Shown: in pieces, positions 12,166 through 24,520 of the stretch
Numbering within the stretch: the stretch's first letter is position 1
Layout of the letters: each line of letters starts with the position of its first letter
Source of the DNA: Podarcis gaigeae
Lineage: Eukaryota
DNA: 64,000 bases
Direction: 5' to 3' (one strand)
NCBI GenBank assembly: GCA_964106915.2
Contig: OZ066915.1
Made by a program: the position numbers and the translations under genes
Notes under the pieces: model-generated
What the model saw: the letters and a program-made list of their open reading frames with translations, nothing else
Told to the model about the DNA's origin: nothing
The model's database searches: none

Positions 12166-13380
12166 GAATATAGCCCTTTCCTGCTCCTCTCATTGTCATC
12201 ATTTCTGTCTCCTAGGCTCTATGCTTTTTCCTTGAACAGTGATTTTATGTGAAGTAGTTGTGAGGCCTCTTTTGCTGATTAAGTTCTATGTCCTTCTCCC
12301 TGATGGTAGGAGGAGCATTTTTGGCCATGGAAGTGCTCTCCCATGCACCAGCAGTCATAACAGTGTGGTGCTTGGCTATGCCATCTCTATGGGAAACAAC
12401 GTCTTGATGCCAGTAAGCCAGCTTTTCCACAACAACTTTCTGCTCCTGTAGTGCTTGTCTTAAAACCTCGTGGACACTTTGGGGGCATTTCAAAGCAATT
12501 GTATATGCTGTCAAGTAGGGAGTTTAAAAAAAAATAAAAATGACGGCTTCTGCAGAAAGATCTATTGAGCCATCAGTTAGCCATTGATCTTTTGCCCTCT
12601 TTGCTTAAACAGCCATTGGCACACAACTCTCCCGCTCCGGCACCTGTAAAAGAACCCCCTCCCCCTTTGCAAAACGCTACCCACAGTAGTTGATTGTGCT
12701 GTCTTTGGAGGACCTCCCCAAAAGCAACTCTCCAAGAGGGCTCCAGTACAAAAGAGAGCTGTGTACGACTGGAGTGTAATTCAGTGCCATTGGGACCAAG
12801 GGTGTGGTAATGCCATGTGCTCTGGATTACAATAGGGGGCATTTTGTAAGACTAGAGGGAGACTTCTATTGCGGCTGTGCTGGCTGCAGCTCCCCTTGCC
12901 AAGAGTTGGATTATCTCCCCCCATAAACGCCACATTTACACGCAGCTTGAGAAACCCTTTGGATTCCTTGGTGCTTGCATCACCTATTTGTTTCTCAGTC
13001 GTGTTAAACCTTCCCTGGAAAATCAAAAAGGCTTAATCAGGAAACTATATGAGTGTGCCAAAATGAAAAAAAAAAATCCAGTGCTCTTACGATGGAGGAG
13101 CAGCTGCAAATCCAGTTTCTGAAGGGTTTGGGACTCTTGGCTAAATTTTCTTTTCTAAGACACTACCCAGCACTGTCACTTTTACCCTAGTTTCTTAAGA
13201 TCTGTCTGTTTTGGAATTCATTGTCATGCCATCGGTGAGGTCTTTGGGTCATTAAGTTTTTAACCCTTCAGTTGCAGACTTTTCATAATGTTGCTCAGCT
13301 GTCGTGGGTCATGAATCTGGGGTTTAGCATCAGAACGCTGGAATTTAATTTGATTCATATTTTTTTTCTCCCCTGTGCAG

Positions 13381-13473
13381 AGCAAGATGCTGGTCTTGAT
13401 GCTCTCTCTTCTGTCTTAGCCCGTCAAAAACAGATGGGGCAGGAAATTGGGAATGAGTTAGAGGAACAGAATG
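13381..13473 (+). CDS. STX8: Syntaxin-8 coding exon (human exon 6 equivalent), N-half of Qc-SNARE motif (E)QDAGLDALSSVLARQKQMGQEIGNELEEQN
   Basis: Strong pyrimidine tract and CAG ending 13380; GTAAGG donor at 13474; 93 nt, phase 1-1; peptide is visible inside ORF 13272..13502. Confidence 0.97.
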
Positions 13474-14171
13474 GTAAGGACTGTCCTGCTTTCAGAGTTT
13501 GATGGGTTCAAGAGAGCACACAGTCATTATTTTCGGTGTTGTACCTTCTCATAGTTCTGTTCTACTGAAAACCTTCGGCACATCGTCTCTGCTGCACCAT
13601 TATTAACCACTCCCGATGATAGTTCCCCGCCCCCTCCGCGAACAGTAGTAGAAGAACCACAATTAATCATCTCCATTTCTATGTGTGACGGTATAAAAGT
13701 GAATTGACAACAGAGTTTGCTTTCCCCTCCTAGCATTGGGTTCAGGCAGAGCAATGGGAAAGGGGTATGCTGAATTTTTAGGTCATCAAAGTACAGATCT
13801 CAGATAAGTTTTAAAAAGGGAAGAATTGTTTCAAAACTGTTACTCAGTCTGCCCATGTCTGCCTGGATCATTATCTCATGTGTGGTGTGGTATGGCCTAG
13901 ATGTCACTGTGTCATAAAATATTTACTATGTCTCCCCTTCTCTTCCATCAGTTGCAAAATTTACCAGAGTACATTGGTGCGGATGCCTCTTGGACATAGA
14001 ATTGGGCCTCAGGGTACTTTTATTTTGGTTCCTGTGCCTATGTTGGGGGTCTGCCTCTTAGATCTAGAAAACGAGCTGTAAAAGGAGGACAGATTATTTA
14101 TAGCTGTGTCTCAGGAACAGTAGTGCCTTCGCTCAAGAGGCTACAGTTTCTGTTTGTAGGTAGGTGTAGGG

Positions 14172-14402
14172 CAGGGCCTTTCAAACTGTGTGTCGGGATA
14201 CATTAGTGTGTCGGCCACAGTGTGTAGGTGTGTCGCATGAACACTCCTCATGCTTCTCCCAGGGCTAGAAAGGGCTTAGTTTAACCTCCGAGTTGCTAGT
14301 AAAACTGAATTATTGCGTTGCGAAATGATGCAAAACTGAATTACTGTGCCGCGAAATGATGCATGTCTAAAAAGCGTGTCACCAACGTGTAGCTCTGGTG
14401 CA
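14172..14402. mobile_element. Non-autonomous hAT-type element fragment with repeated TGTGTCG motifs
   Basis: Starts 'cagggcctttcaaactgtgtgtcg'; recurrent gtgtcg subterminal motifs; internal 31-bp tandem duplication 14301-14362. Confidence 0.55.
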
Positions 14403-15920
14403 GGGTTTGTGTGTCTGTTCATACTTGCACTTCCATGAGAGGAGAGAGAGACCTAAGCAGGTTAGATACGGTTAGCTGTTTGATTATTCCTGTCTGAGCC
14501 AGTAGGTGGCAGCACAGGACAGAAAAATGCCTAGTGCATGATCGGTTCATGACCTTGAGGAGCGCACTATTGGTTTTTTGTGTTTTCCTGGAGCTGTGCA
14601 ACGCACCTTTCCCAGTTTAGCATTATTTTTTACCTATAGTTTGCCCTTTGGTCTGGGAGTATGCTTACATATTCTCTTTTAGTTTAAATGATCACATCTA
14701 GGGCTGACGATTAGAGCAGCCTTGCCATTATAAGCCCTGAAAAGTTGCTAGCCTGACTTAAAAAAAACAAAACGAAAGAAAAGTAGCCTCTTAGCTGCCA
14801 TGGCCTCAGCCTCAAGCTCAGAGTTGGGAGGATGAACTGGTCGAGTCTTTGGCTTTTGTACCACCCATGGGCTGAGGAACTGAACAATACTGAACTTGAG
14901 GCTAGCAGTCAGGAATGTGTGGACCCTGAGCCAGGACCTTCACAGGCACCTTCGCCTCAGCGTGATTTGCCAGAGCAGTCTAAGACCTCCTGCTTCACAT
15001 AGTCCAGGAGGCAGGCCTGGCAGGAGGCCACAGAAAGGAGCGCAAGCACTCTCCTTCAGGACAGGGTGTTGGCATTTTAAAAGTTTTGGCCTCTTTCACC
15101 TAAGCACTGCTTGCTTTGCATGGATCACAACATTTGCGGGCTAGGTTTTATTATGATTATAAAGCCTCCTAACAGATGAAGCGGGGCAGTTGTCTCTGCC
15201 CCTTGCCTACATGGTTTCCATGCTGGCCGTGGGGGAAGAGGCTCAGCTTTACCAGCATGGAAGCTCACTTGGTTTCTCTGCCGGCTGCAGAGGAAGCGAT
15301 TTGCTTTCCTCCAGCAGGGATATGCAGGAAGCTCCTTCCTCTGTGCCTAGGAAGGAGAGCAGCAGGTTCGTGAGTGAGGGATAAGAGTGACCAGTCTTTC
15401 CCCCACCGAACGGCTGTATTTTCATTCTTGCTACAGAGGTAGACACTTCACTTCCTTCGCCACCAGTCTGCTCACTCACCTGATTGGAATCCCTTGTTTT
15501 TCCTTGTGGTGTCCCAGGCAAGTAGTTATATACAAACACCCGGCTGTATTTTACATCCTGAAGTTTCAGTGGGATCAGTTGGATCCTGCATTAATGTGGC
15601 TTGTAGAAGTCTGGTAATGCGCACCCTTTTCTTTTTCCTGGACTAGTATGAGAGACAGATTTGAAGTTAAACCATACTGTAGCACTCACACAGTTGTTGA
15701 GATGACCCCATGGGAGCAAATCTATAGATTTTTGAGCTTTGCTTTTTTCTTACAGTATGGTAGAACTTTGAAATGTTTCCAGCTGTGTGATCTCTGCAAA
15801 GATTTGATCCATCTGGTCTGCTTCTGAAGAGGGTTGTGTGAACATTAAGTGACTGGAAGGCAGCAGCTCCGATACTTCCCCATTTGCTGAGCACTTTCTT
15901 CATTGAGAAGGTGTCACTGC

Positions 15921-16050
15921 CAACAACAACAACAATAACAACAACAACAACAACAATAAATTTATACCTCACTCATCTGGCTGGGTTTCCCCAGCCACTC
16001 TGGGTGGCTCCCAACAGAATATTAAAAACATGATAAAACATCAAACATTA
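15921..16050 (-). mobile_element. L2-clade LINE 3' terminus, same family as 9288-9733, with (TTG)n tail
   Basis: Reverse complement of 'gggagccgcccagagtggctggggaaactcagccagatgggcggggtataaat'; (CAA)n at 15921-15955. Confidence 0.85.
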
Positions 16051-17174
16051 ATACTAGTAGTCTAAGGGTCAAGTGCATATTTTGTGTCCTCATGCCCTGT
16101 TTTTCACCCTTTCTGCTCCCAATCTGATCCTGGTTTTTTCCAGGGTTTTGAAGGTGCATATTCATCCCTGGCAAGCATTGCACAAAAGTTAAGTTAACAG
16201 ACTTGCCTGCTCACATGTCCCTGAGTTTATTAATTTGTTACGTACTTCGGGAATGATGGAGTGAGATCAGCCTTGAAAATTAAAATTCACAAAAGTTGTC
16301 CTAGCCTACAACAACTTTACGTGCCTGCCAGATTTGAAATGGGAAACTTTTTTTAAAAAAGAAAAGCATTTCTCTAATCTCAGTCCTCGGAGAAAACAGA
16401 TTAAAACCCCAGCTGTTCTGAGATTACTAAACTGAAGGCCTTAGGAGGGAAGAGATGTGGAGACTTAGAAAAAAAATCTGTCTTGACATAACTTTAGAAG
16501 AGCACCATAGAATAGCATTTGTAAAAAGAGCTGGGGGAGTGTTCCATTGGTGGTTTCTCATCACAGATTTAAACTGACAAAAGAACAAACAAATAAATCA
16601 AGGTAAAATGGTTATGATCTGCCCACACTGATACCAATTCTCACCAAAACTTCACAGTGCATAGCACGTGAATACCTTCTGTTGCTCATGTGTATGTTTG
16701 TTTAGTCAGAGTTGGAGTTGCTGAACTTCAATTTGGGTCTCTTCCATGACTAGTGCTGAGAACTCCCATTCCTAGGCAATATAATCAGAACTTTGCACAT
16801 GGGGTCTCTGATTAGCCTTGTGTGCGATATGGAGCACATATTTTTCCATAAGTGTTCCGCCCTTGATTAATATCAACTCAGTATCTGCACAAATTATCGT
16901 TCAGTGATCTGTCTTGGACTGAAGACACAGTTCCCTCATCTGTGCATTTTTGGTCTGTATTCAGGCCATTTTCATAATATGTAATCTCTGACAAGTGTAC
17001 AAGCAACTGTGAGTGTTTGGAGCCCGATGAATTCGTAATGGTCTGCAGGAAAGCAGCATTGCCGAGCCTATGAAACTAGCTCCCATAGATCTCGTTGCTC
17101 CCCAAGAGAATGGTAAATGACTGTAATGCAAACCACAGTGAATCGAACTACCCATCGTATTTCCATATCACCAC

Positions 17175-17330
17175 CGGAGTTGGGAGAGCCGGGTTCAAAC
17201 CCCCGCAAAGCTCACTATGTGTCTTGTGCTGGTCACACACTGTCCCCCTAAACTACTGATCAGGGTTGCTGTGATGGTACAAATGATAGTGTTTCCTGCT
17301 CCAAGAAGGGTGAAATATAAATGAAATTAA
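17175..17330 (+). mobile_element. Degenerate tRNA-derived squamate SINE (Squam3-like)
   Basis: B-box-like 'gggttcaaacccc' followed by 'aagctcact…cagggttgctgtg'. Confidence 0.6.
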
Positions 17331-19009
17331 AATTAATTAATAGTAAAGTAATGTTGTGGGCAGTGACAGCATAGGAAGCAGGTGCTTTTTGATTTTTGTT
17401 TCTTTGAAGAACATGATTGTCACCAAAAGTGATTTGCATGTTGCAAACAATATCTTTCTAAAGAGTGAGCTTTAAGTACATTCTTGATTCTGTGAATGTT
17501 CTAATTCCTGTGGTATATTTAATGTTTTTCTCCTTTGGGAATGGCTGAAGTACAGTTCTGTTGCCCACGCATCCTTTTTTTACAGCTTTGTGACATGACC
17601 TGCATTCTAAGCCATCAGTTGTGCCCCTGTGACATCTTTATATGCCCTTAGTTATTGGAAATTGCATTGCCATGATGACACAATTCTGAAGTAAGCCGCA
17701 TCATTCTTGGTGGGAAGAGAGGAATATCAAGCCTTCCTTCGTCCATCTTGAAGATATGCAGCCAAGCAAAAGAAATAGGAAGTTTTAAATACACACAAAG
17801 AGAAAAATGAGCATTAAAAATTATTTCTCATTTGATTTTACTTTAATAGCAGGTCTGTCATATCTAAGCTCTAGTCTCATGAAAGGCTGATATTTAAGTG
17901 TTAAATAATTTAAGAGGGAAATATGAAATATATGCAAGTGTCTTCTGATTTTTATTTTTAATGTAGCTTCTCTGTCAATCTGTTGAAGCTGGAATAGGTG
18001 TGCTAACTCTAAATTAATTCCAAACATAAATCCACTGAATAAAAATGTCCCACATCCATTTCTCCTGCATTATATCACTACTACCATTGCATCCCTTTAT
18101 CATGTGCAGAGAAAAACCAAAATGAATGGGAAGCAAATGATTAATTTCGAAGAGGAAGTTACGTTGCCAGCTGAATTTTTTAACTCTACCTTTTTTCAGA
18201 GCACCTTATAAATTTAAATCCACAAAAAATGTAAATTCTGAATTCCTGTTCACCTTGTTCCAGTTGAAGAAAGCAAATCCATCAGCACCATATCACCAGA
18301 ATTGAGCCTTCAAATGCTCTCCCAGCCCCCCAGTATTTTGTAATGATGGGTAACCTAATTTTTGCCCTAGTACTGGACTTTGCATGCCAAAGGCTAAGAG
18401 TTTGACATACTGAGAGTCGATTGCATCCTAGTGATCTAATTGAAGAGGCTTTTGCCTGTTCCTAGTTTACTTAATGCTTTTCCAAGAGGATGTGTAACCC
18501 AACCCAAGCATGAACAATCGCACCAGAGACAGGCAATGGAGCCTACATCCTTGGGCTGACTTTTGCCATGAGGTGTTACAGGAACAATCTGGGCACTCAG
18601 AATCCAGCAACCACAAAGTAATGAGTCACTTAGTCACATCCTGTCATTTACAGTAACTCAGGGTGATAAAGATATTTGTGTGTAATATCTAAGGAGCATA
18701 ACCTCAAATGGGACACCCTAAAAGAGTACTGTTCTTTTGTAATAGGAAATACCTTGGACAATACATATTCTAGTGGTGGAGAAGAGTCATTGGTTGCTGG
18801 CATCAATCTTGCATGTCAAGGAGTTTATAAAGCTGATAATTCTGAGTATCTCAAACATTTCGTTTCCTTACATGTCTAGGAAATGACTAATTTTATATGG
18901 GTTTGGTATATAGATGTGGTTATTTATTTTGTGGATCTTTTTTTGCCTATTTTAACATTAATCTAGCTCTTTGGATTTTTAATTCTCCATGAACTACTGC
19001 CTTCCTTGA

Positions 19010-19715
19010 AATAGTATACTTGGACTTTCAAAAAGCTGTCCTCGAAGCAGCTCACCAAAGACTTCTCAATAAGCTTTAGTCATCAAGGAATAAAAGGAGA
19101 GGTCCTCTTGCAGCTCAGGAATTGGTTAAGTTGCAGAAAGCAAAGAGTAAGAATAAATGGACAGTTCTACAAGTGGAGAAGCTTAGAAAATTGGGTCCTC
19201 CAAGGATCGGTATTAGGACCTGTGCTTTTTAACTTGTTGATAAATGATCTAGAGCTAGGAGTGGGCAGTGAGGTAGCCAAGCTTGCTGCTGATATTAAAT
19301 TGTTTGAGTTTGTAAAATGGCAAATGCAGTTCAGTGTAAACAAGTGCAAAGTGATGCATATTGAGGCAAAGCATTTTATTTTCACATATCTGTTCATAGG
19401 GTCTGAACTAGCAGGAAAGAGACCTTGGGTAGATTCATTGGACAGCTCAGTGAAGACGTCGACCCAGTGTACAGTGGTTGTGAAAAAGGCAGATTCCATG
19501 CTAGGGATCATTAGGAAGTGACTTGAACATAAAACTGCTGATATCATAATGCTGTTATACAAATCTGTGTCACGACCACATTTGGAATACATTTGGAGTA
19601 CAGTTCTGGTTGTCGCATCTCAAGAAGGATGTTCTAGAGTTGGAAAGGGTTCAGAAAAGGGCAACTAAAATGATCAAGGGGGTGGAGCAACTTCCCTATG
19701 AAAACAAGTTGCAGG
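19010..19715 (+). mobile_element. CR1 LINE reverse-transcriptase fragment (decayed)
   Basis: ORF 19108..19521 gives NWLS.RKQRV.ING…QGSVLGPVLFNL.INDL…KCKVMH; upstream 'ttggactttcaaaaagct' encodes LDFQKA. Confidence 0.92.
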
Positions 19716-20400
19716 ACAACATCTTTTATTCTAGAGTTTGGGAGATGTAAAAATATCCTATGGTACTTTTTAAAGAACTCTAATAATGTTTTAATTGGGC
19801 CCAAGTAAATTTTAAAGCTGAAGTTTAAAAACAAGCTGGTTTTATTCATCATTACTGTATGGCTTCTTCCTACTAAAAACATATTCAATAAGGGAAAAAT
19901 AATTATTCGTCAGCTGTATCTTGTAAAACACTTTATATAGCAACTACAATTATTGACATTAGCAAGAGATTTGTTTTTGGAAATAGAAAAGCTTTTGAAT
20001 GGTTCCTGTTAATAATAATTACAGGGGGAAAGGAAAGTTAGTTACTTTACAAAAAAGGTTCCTTGCAACAGAGTCTTAATCCTCATGTTCTTCTCTGATG
20101 GTTTGTAGAAAGTATTTTGCTTGTACCAAAAGCTTCAGTGGACACTACCAACCATTTAATTGTAGAGTTACAAATGGAGAGTTCAGATTGCTTTTTAATC
20201 CAGTGTAAAAAAAATTATGAGCTGAATATGTTGTGAATAATCTTTTATCTCTATTCAGGCAATGATGTTAAAAACTAGTCCTCCAGGGAATGTATTATTT
20301 GTGTAAAATGGGATATTTTGTTTTAAAGTTAATTTTTTAAAAAAATCTTTAACCTTTCCTGTGATACTGCAGCAATTTTCTCCATTGAGCTAATCAATTA

Positions 20401-20880
20401 CAGTGGTACCTTAGTTCTCAAACTCCTTGGTACTCAAACAACTTGGAACCAGAACGCTGCAAACCGGAAGTAAGTGTTCCGGTTTGCAAACTTTTTTCGG
20501 AAGCTGAACATACTTCATTTTGAGTGTTACACTTCTGATTTGAGTGTGACACTTCCAATTTGAGTGTTATGCTGAGGTCTGTCTGTTTTTGCTATTTATT
20601 TTGCGTTTTTTCTTTTTGTAGCGTTTTTGTTTTTGTGACTGCGCAGTTCAGCTACTGATTGATTGATTGTGTGATTGCAGTACATTGTTTATTGCTTTCA
20701 TTTCATGGATCAGTGGTTTCATTAGATAGTAAAATTCATGTTAAATTGCTGTTTTGGGGATTGTTTTTAAAAGTTTGGAATGGATTAATCCATTTTGCAT
20801 TACTTTCTATGGGAAAGTGCACCTTGGTTTTGGAACAGACTTCTGGAACGGGTTAAGTTTGAGAACCAGGGTGCCACCCT
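20401..20880. mobile_element. Non-autonomous Tc1/mariner (Tigger-like) MITE
   Basis: TA|CAGTGGTACCTTAGTTCTCAAAC left TIR; degenerate right TIR GTTTGAGAACCAGGGTGCCACC. Confidence 0.75.
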
Positions 20881-20984
20881 ATATGCATTTCTAGTAAGTT
20901 CATTTATGTGTCAAAATCAAGATTTTATATGACAGTTAATGTACCATAGTAAATAGCGTGAGCTGGAAAGGCCTCTGGTCAAAT

Positions 20985-21115
20985 GTCACCTCAACCACAA
21001 CTCTGCTAGGTGGCCTTGGATGAGCCACCATCTCTCACCCTCAGCTCCCTAATCTGTAGTATGAGGAGAATGAAAATTACTTTCCTTACAGGATTGGTTT
21101 AAGGTTTGTGGAGAT
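20985..21115 (+). mobile_element. Old MIR/CORE-like SINE fragment
   Basis: 'ctcagctccctaatctgtagtatgagga…ccttacagga' resembles the CORE domain. Confidence 0.45.
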
Positions 21116-22572
21116 TGGAGGTGCAGAAGGCTGCTGGTAAAACCCTGTGTGAAATACTGGAGAGCTGCTTTCAGTCATTGTAGACAAAGCTGAACTAGCA
21201 CAGCTTCCTATTGTGTTCCTATTGTGCATCTGCAGTGGTAGGAGGGGAAGTGGGTTTCATAAGTGCAAAGTGTTATGTATTATATTCTCAGACGGACTCA
21301 TTGTCACCTGTCCTACTTTTCCTTCAACTTGCATGCGGAGAGTTTATAAATAGTGCATTAGAGCTGTATGCCACTAGTGTTGGTGTCATTTACATATAGC
21401 TTCCATCTGGTTCCAGTTGCTTATCTTGCTCATTCTTCACCACTTAAGTCTTAAAGGTTACAATGATTTTAACCCCTCGTACAGCCAGACTTTGGCATCT
21501 CCCAAATGGGGAGAAGAAAGGGATGGGCAGTTGAGAGGCTAGGCATTTCGTCCTTTTGCTTTCACAGCTCATGATGGCTTGTTCCTTAATGAGCTTTTGT
21601 GCTCAGTTTTTAGAAACCTACACTGCCAATGTATTACCTTAATTTTATTCAGACCCCATATCATTGGTTTCCTCCTCTTTAAGTGGAAACAGCCTGGGGT
21701 TGTGTGCATGTGAGATGAGGGTGGGCCCTAGTCTTCAGTGCTCCCTCTTCCATCACCCTCTCTGCTTCACTTACTTTGAGGGATAAGTAAACCAAGGAAA
21801 TCCTGGCTTTGAATTCCCACTATGATCCTGGGAAGAAATATTATCCCAAACGACCCACTGATATTTCTTTGTGGAAGAGGATTAGCCTCGCACAGATATT
21901 TATTCTGCAGCTTAGCCACTTAGCATGCTGCCAAGGGGACTGAACCCACCTTAAGGTCAAATGCTGGGTTTAATGTACTTTGCATGGGCAGAATCTGTGT
22001 TGGGGGCATTCAGTGTGCATCTAATTAGCAGATCTGTGCCAGTACAAACATGCTTGGTTTTACGTGAAGAGTGAATGGTAATAAACACTCTTAAATTCTA
22101 GCTGTTCACACCTCAATAATGAGGTAGCAATTCCCATAACCACTGAGATCAAGCTCTATTTCTAGCCCTCTGAGAGTCTATACTGATAAAGCTTGAGTAG
22201 CTGTTTATCTTGCGGCGTGTGTTCTTTTTTCTATTCACAGTGGTGCCAGGGGTTGAAGGGTATAAGCTACTTATACCCAACAGAAGACACACATTCATTC
22301 CAGAAGAGATGCTCTCTCTGCCTTGTAACAGTGTGGATAAGCTCACAGGAAAACTGGAAAACCCAAGCAGTGAACTTTGAGCTTTTTGCTTTGCAGAGGT
22401 ATGCTCAGTGAGAAAGAGCCCTGACACTGAGCTGGAATAGAAAAGTTTTTCCTATTTATCCAAGGATTTAACGAGTTATGGAAAGGGACTATACCTTATG
22501 ATGATTTGCCTTTCTAAATGCTGGATCTCATTAAAGATAGGGACCCCTTAAATATAATTTAAACCATTCCTA

Positions 22573-22700
22573 CAGGGGTAGGAAGCCTGTGGCCATCAAG
22601 AGATTTTTAGACTACAGCTCCCATCATCCCCGACAGTCAGCCATGCCAGCTGGGCCTGATGGGACTTGGCATCCTGACGATGTCTGAAAGAGTCTTCATC
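22573..22700. mobile_element. Degenerate short hAT-type MITE
   Basis: 'caggggtaggaagcctgtggcc…gactacagctcccatcatccc…gatgggac'. Confidence 0.65.
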
Positions 22701-23839
22701 TTTGCCTTATACTAAATTAAAACTTGAAGGCAAAAGAAGGTCTCCCTCCAGTTCTTGAGGCATCTGCAATGCTTTATAAATTCAAGAGGTATTTAAATAT
22801 TCTCATTGGAAGCAGAAATGGTTGTTTTGAGAGTGAACAGCCGTTTCATGCAATCTTAATTTGTCAGTCACCACCCTTCCTCCCCACACAATCCTTCATC
22901 TTTTCCCTCAATTAGCAGAGGTTATTTGAAATAAAATGCTTTGAGGAGGAGAGTGGCAAATATTTTCTTTCCAGAGCCTTTCTTATTTTTCTTGCTTTTA
23001 AACACCACATACAATACTTATCTTCTGTTTTATAAGCACTTTTTGGAATAGAGGATGCCATACTGGCCAGAGCTGTTGGTTTTGTCCAATCTATTATTCT
23101 GTCATTTTCAGCATGCAAAATCCTCCCTTCCAATCCTTCCATTTCCTCAAAAAACAACAACCCTGCATTCAACTATACAGTTCATTAGGGATGAGTGAGG
23201 AGGAGAATGTGTCCTTTAACTTGAATATTTGAAAACTCAACCTTGCAGTGAAATCCTATTATTCATGGTACATTGTTACCAACTTACTTTCTTCCTAGTA
23301 GATCAGTTCTTATCACTGGTATTTTTGAAGAAAATAGTTGATAGTTCTTGTCTAGCTGCAGATGGCGGTGGAATGTATATATTATATATTTGCACTTTGA
23401 TCAATTTGGCTGCAGGGATCCCATTGCAGCAGATATTTGTGGTCTGCATTCACTGTTGATCTGCTCCTTGGTGCAATTCAAGGAGTGAGTTCAGTTTGCA
23501 AAGCAGAATATGGTTTTGTGACCTTTAGATAGTTCTTTATGCCATTGTGTCTGGTTGGGTGTCTGCATTACTCATTTGTTTCAGATCTAATATTTTCTAA
23601 CTTCTCTTTTGTATACGTCTAATTGTAGCATATAGGACATTGCGCTGGGTTTTAAATTTTATGCTGGGGATTGCCTAGAATTTAAGAGGTAGGGGTTGAC
23701 TGAGAGTTGCATCTTGTTTTTGGGAACGTCACTTTGGACAATTGTAATCTAATATTCATGAGCACGTGTGAGCCTGCAGTTAGTTTGGCCTTTGTGTTCC
23801 CAAATCAGGAATGCAAAATCTACCACCCTCTCAGCTTTT

Positions 23840-24520
23840 CTTATATACATACATAGATACATACAACAAAAAACAATTCAAGATCCAAATATCAAGATTA
23901 CACTGAATCGCTTGACTTCCCCCCATCCCTCCCATGGGTCCTAATAATATTTACAATTGCATATCAGTACTTGTCCAAATTTTTATCCTTCCAAATTGTC
24001 CATACTTTCCATTACTTTACAAGTGGTGCTAAAATCCTGCCAAAGTTTTAACCTGTTTACAATGGTCTTGTAAATAAATTATAAACGTTTTCCCATTCTT
24101 TTTAAAAGTTCTTACCTTCTTGGTTTCTAAACTTCCCAGTTAATTTCGCCACTTCGGCATAGTACATCAACTTGGTTTGCCATTCTTCTCTGGTAGTGGT
24201 TGTCTCTTCCTTCCATCCCTGGGCTAATAGCATCCATGCGGCTGTTGTCGCATACATAAACAGTCTTTTCTGGTCCTTTGGTATCTTGGTACCTATAATT
24301 CCTAATAAAAAAAGCTTCTGTTTTTTTAACAAAAGATATTTTAAACATTTTTTTCATTTCATATCTCATCTCCCAGAAACTTTTAGTTACTTTACACATC
24401 CACCACATATGATAAAAGGTACCTTATTTTTCTTTACATTTCCAACAAGTATTTGGACTTGTTCTGTACATTTTTGCTAACTTAACCGGGGTCAAATACC
24501 ACTGGTTTTCAATATACATT
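23840..24520 (-). mobile_element. 5'-truncated L1/Tx1-clade LINE 3' fragment
   Basis: Minus-strand frameshifted peptides WYLTPVKLAKMY…CWKCKEK..GTFYHMWW.C (ORF2 CCHC zinc knuckle) and …EEWQTKLM.YAE.AKLTGK. Confidence 0.85.

Noticed and set aside
17175-17210. tRNA gene suggested by a B-box-like motif
   Set aside because: No cloverleaf; the continuation matches a tRNA-derived SINE body.
19108-19521. 137-aa RT-like ORF
   Set aside because: Decayed CR1 fragment with an internal deletion and a degenerate catalytic motif (AADI in place of FADD).
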